From: Selaginella moellendorffii
Taxonomy: Eukaryota; Plantae; Lycopodiophyta
NCBI RefSeq assembly: GCF_000143415.4
Contig: NW_003314272.1
Coordinates: 468,184-532,183, forward strand
Direction: 5' to 3'
DNA: 64,000 bases
The notes under the pieces are model-generated. The model was not told the origin of the DNA, ran no database searches, and was given only the letters and a program-made list of their open reading frames with translations. Position numbers and translations under genes: made by a program. Shown here piece after piece: positions 59,589 to 64,000 of this stretch (positions are counted from its first letter, which is position 1; the number at the start of each line of letters is the position of its first letter).

Positions 59589-61522
59589 TCACGCACTGAC
59601 CAAGTTGAGCACGGCCGAAACCAGATGCAGTGAGCCAGTGACGCAGACAACGCTTCCAGGATCCAAATCCGCAGCTTTCCTGGCAGTCGCTAGAGCATCT
59701 ACGACTGACTTGGAGATTTCCACGGCGATCTCAGGCTTGACTTTACTCCATGCTCCGGCAAGAGCTTCTGTAGTGGCAGACCTCACACTGCTTCCAGCCA
59801 CGTCCGCAGTAGTGACGACTACCAGGGTTGGTCTTGCATCTGGACAAAAGTCTTAGATAAAGAAGAGAATAACTAGAAACTTGGCTGACCATCGGAGAAC
59901 GCAGACGCGAATTTCAAGTGATCTTTGTCCAAAGCCATTGCGGTCACCAGTATGAGAGGTCGCGAGGGAAATGCAGTTTTCAAGGTGGTTCCGAGTGCTG
60001 CTGCTGATCCGGGAGTATGTGCTGCATGGAAGAAATACCATCTCAAGTTCGGATTTGCGAGGAGTCTTTCTTACCTCCATCTAATATGACCCTCGCTGAA
60101 GTAAACCCGAGGCTCTTTACTTGTTCATGGGTGAGAATCTGGAACCTCCCCAATATATTTGTTTGCTCCAGGCCCGTTTGAAACGCCGCGTCTGGGATAC
60201 GCCAGCCTACATATTCAACAAGTAAGAAAATGAAAATGTCGTGAATAAATACCACCTTCCACTCGAAGGGACAGTGCAGCACAGACTGCTGTTAACGCGT
60301 TGTCCACTTGATGAGAACCAAACATACGCATTCTACAATTGTCTAAGAATAAATTCTGCAGATGCCAGAGTTAAAGCTGCTGAGGACACTCGAACAAAAA
60401 CAAAGAAGAAAGAACGCATGAAAAGAAGATTACCTCGCCTGCACATCGTATACGCATATCGCAAACTTGAAAGCAATCACTTTCATCCGTTCGAATGCTT
60501 TTGATAATTCCATGTACGTTCTTCCCAAAGGCACTAAAGACGGGAGCATTCTTTGCCGATGCCTGTGTCCTTATGATACTCTCAGCAACAGGGCTCACCT
60601 GACGACTAAGAACAACCTGATAGCAAAATCTTAGCGTTTAAGATACGTGACAAAAAAAACATACCGGACGTCTTTCCTTGATAATCCCTGCTTTCGCTAA
60701 AACGACGCTTTCTAGACTTCCGCCCAACGCTTCCAGATGTTCTTCGCCAATTGAAACAATGACGGACGCTGCAAGGCCTTCCGAATCAATCACATTCGTA
60801 GCGTCCCTTGCGCCACCAAGACCTGCCTAAGAACTTAAGAAAGAACAGATTAAGAAAAAAAAAGAAACTGTGACTAACCTCAACAACGGCAATGTCTACA
60901 CTCTCTTGTGCAAAGTACTTGAATGCCAAGGCTGTAAAAACCTGCAAATGGACGATGGAACCAACAGTGAATCACTTGAGAAAAAAAGAGAGAAAAAGCC
61001 ATGCCTCACCTTAGCACGCATCTCACCTCGAAATGAGTAAGCGTATGGTTTTCAGCTTCAATTACTTTCAGCAATGATTCACGAACACCCCAAAACAAAT
61101 CATCCAATCCATTTGTCGAGATTGGTTTTCCCACGCAGATTCTCTCGTGAATGCTCCTCAAATGCGGGCTGCGAAAAACCGCATGAGCTTGATCGTTTTA
61201 CATCGAAAAACTTACCTCGTATAAGTTCCCACGGAGAACCCAGCAGCACGCAAAATGCTGCTGAGAAACGCAACAGTCGATCCCTTTCCTTTGGTACCAG
61301 CGACGTGCACTACCTGAAACATGCCCCGTATTGGATCGAGAGACGCCAATCCATCGCACTTACTGGAAATTTCGAGAGAGGATTCCCGAGGCTAGAAACC
61401 AGGCGGCGCATTCTCCCAAGATCAAACCCCTTGCTCGTGTCTGTGCCTGCGTCCTTCGGCACGCCCAGCCGCTCGAGATCGCTCAGCTGCTGGAGGAATC
61501 GCAGCGCCCCGCCCTCCGCCAT
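59589..61522 (-). CDS. Dihydrofolate synthetase / FolC-FPGS family
   Basis: GVPKDAGTD...FDLGRMRRL...[51 protein letters not shown]; multi-exon. The N-terminus resembles plant DHFS more than FPGS. Confidence 0.88.
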
Positions 61523-63534
61523 CGCTGGAGCGCTCTAAAACCCTAAAAGATATTCCAACGGGATAGTTTTTAAAAAGGTAGGGCTGACAAGGACGCTGAC
61601 TCCGCATTAAACGAGAGCTTACGTGGGCCAATGGAATTTGAGCTCTCGGGTTTGAATGCGGCGAACAGGGGTGTTGGGAGGCAGGCTCTGGAGGCCGGCC
61701 TGGATCATTTGGGCGATGATTGGGTACTCGCATAGTACGGTTCCGTCGATTTAATGCGAAAGCTTTTGATTGATTCATTCATCGCTGTCGCTGGCGCTGG
61801 GCAACTGCGGTGCTCGTGATATCGGTTGAAAATTTTCAATGAGGACCAAAACGACAAGCGCTGGACTGGACGATCCAATCGCGTGCCGCTGCCACTGACG
61901 GGATCAATCAATTCGGCTGCTGCGAGCGAGCTACAACGATCAAAGGATTCATTGCGATCCAGAGCAGGCCTCAGAAGACAAATGTGCGCAGAGAAAAGGG
62001 ATTGATTGATTGAATACAACGATCATCAATCAATCGGCTAGAGGGCTTCGCAGTGACCACTTGGTGGGAGAGAGACAAGGAGAGGTTTTTATGATCTTCA
62101 CATGGCAATCGAAGCGCTGGTTGTCTAGTGGACCAGGATGAAACGACACAAACTTACAACTCACACACAACGAACAACTGGAAAATTTTCCAGAAAAGGA
62201 AGAAAAGGTTGGAGCGGGAGAAAACCGATTAAACCGTCACAAACAAAGTTACCTTCCTCGATTCATCCCAATCGATCGTGACAAACTGATCATCACTGCT
62301 GCTTGGGAATTGGATCGAATTCTGGTGAAACTTTGCTGTTTCGCAACGGCGAGGAATGGAACGCACCCCGAAGCTTTGGATTCCGTTCTCTTTCTTTATC
62401 TCTCTTTTCTCTCGCATCCATCACTGCCATGTTTGCTCGTCAGTGATCTCACAGCTCACTTGCTAAAGATCAAGTGTCATGTGTGTGTGTGTGTTGGTGG
62501 CGGTCTCAAGTTTGCGTAGTGGACACTATACTGTATAGACTTGTGTGTGTGCTGTTCGAGGACTTTGTCCGTGGAAGACAAAGCACAGCACAAACCAACA
62601 TGTAAATTTGCCCAGGCCTGGCAATCGCAAGAACCGAGATTGCCCATAAGTCGTCACGTTGGTGATGACACCACCATATACCGTAGAAACAGTGCCGAAA
62701 CACTAAACAATGGCCTAGGAAACGAGTTCCCGAGTAGAAAACTCTAGTTTCTTTGGCACCTTGCTCATTAAAATCGACTTCTCAAGTAGAGAAACCATAT
62801 TCTATCAAGCAAATGTTGGCTTGACTGGTATCCAGCAAGCCCGATTCAATGCCCGGCAGTGGCAGGGCCAAAGATTGGGCCACTCCAAATGCGGCGAGAC
62901 AAAGCTCTTTCAATCCATCCATCCATTTGAGCTGGGCCAGAGTGTAGTGTACTGCGCCAGTCCGTCCGAGCTGGAGGAAGAACACACAGCGATCACGCCG
63001 CCCAGTTGGGTGGTGTGATGGATCCATCGCATCAATCCATCCATCAAAAGAATCTCCCTCAACCTCTTGCAAGGATTATAAAAAAGTAGAGCGCGCAAAA
63101 AAAAAAGCATGGAGAGGCCTTTCGTTGGATTTTTGGGGGAGAGCGATGGATCGAACAGGTGAGTTCGATTAGAAAACTAGGGCGGAGGTCTGACCGGTAC
63201 GAAACGACCACGGCCTGGCGCCCGGAAGCATGTGGGCGCCCATGTGAGGCCCGGCTTGTCCGATTCCACTGCTCGCAACTGCTGGTCTTTAATTTTTTTC
63301 CCTGACACTGCCACTCCAATTTGGATCCATCGTATATAAAATCCCCAGCCCTCCCCCGGAATCCCCAAATCCAAGCAAAGCAAGCAAGCAAGGCAAGGAG
63401 AAGCAAGCAGCATTGTGTTCTATAGATCTATCTATCTCTCTATCTTCCTCTCTCAATCGAGAGCGACGATATATCAATCACACTAGCAAAGCCCAAGAGC
63501 AAGAAGAACTCTCCATCCATCTCTAGCTACATCC

Positions 63535-64000
63535 ATGGCTTTTCTGGCAAGGATTGGAAGTCTGCTCAAGTCCGCCTCGATCAAGAAGAGATCTGGGCGC
63601 AGCCTGGATCGCTCCTCCAGCAACAGCAGCTGCTCCTCGCTCGGCTCCTCCGCTTCCGCGGCCTGGGACTGCTGCTACGACAGCGATCTCGACGTGGACC
63701 AGGCCCCCGATTCGTGCTCCTGCGCCATCCCCGCCGACGTTCCAAAGGGATGCATGGCGGTCATTGTCGGGAGCTGCGAGAAGAAGAGGAGGAGGTTCGT
63801 GGTTGGCACGCATCTCCTCTCGAATCCGGTGTTTGGGGTCCTGCTACAGCGCGCGGCCGAGGAGTACGGGTACGAGAACTCGGGTGCTCTCGCGATTCCG
63901 TGTGATCCCGTCCTGTTTGAGCACTTTCTATGGCTGCTCAACAACAACGATCCCGCTGCCGCCATGCTTGAGGTGAACGAGCTCCTGGCTTTCTACGCGT
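63535..64000 (+). CDS. SAUR: SAUR family protein (runs to window edge)
   Basis: ATG 63535 MAFLARIGSLLK...DVPKGCMAVIVG...LLQRAAEEYGY...IPCDPVLFEHF; close paralog of 58200-58628. Confidence 0.92.
   Translation, partial: MAFLARIGSLLKSASIKKRSGRSLDRSSSNSSCSSLGSSASAAWDCCYDSDLDVDQAPDSCSCAIPADVPKGCMAVIVGSCEKKRRRFVVGTHLLSNPVFGVLLQRAAEEYGYENSGALAIPCDPVLFEHFLWLLNNNDPAAAMLEVNELLAFYA

Overview
Eukaryotic plant DNA with very compact genes and 40-70 nt GT-AG introns, most consistent with a lycophyte such as Selaginella (inference from gene architecture only). The left ~33.5 kb is nested mobile DNA. It holds an old decayed retroelement-like region (1-12.8 kb) and two young, oppositely oriented copies of one chromodomain Ty3/Gypsy retrotransposon (3035-8607 +, 27708-33266 -), each with its own 5-bp TSD, a self-complementary PBS and a -1 frameshift signal. 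Between them lies a ~12-kb Sola-like DNA transposon (about 14.7-27.0 kb), the most unusual object in the window. It encodes a ~1030-aa DDD transposase and, divergently, a reconstructable ~1640-codon multi-exon protein with ParB/Srx-like, DNA-methyltransferase-like, acidic and FCP1/NIF phosphatase regions. It also carries 22 copies of a 22-bp dyad (ATGGCRTG-N6-CAYGCCAT), several of which form the core of its own micro-introns. The right ~30 kb is gene-dense host DNA: cytochrome c with Met80 replaced by Lys, a phytosulfokine-like precursor with YIYDF (absent from the ORF track), purple acid phosphatase, cinnamyl alcohol dehydrogenase, a CECR5-like HAD hydrolase, four SAURs, a stand-alone I29 inhibitor, an IGHMBP2-like helicase plus relics, an N-terminally broken CWC22, TypA/BipA and dihydrofolate synthetase. 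All family and fold assignments are by-eye motif recognition; no database searches were run.
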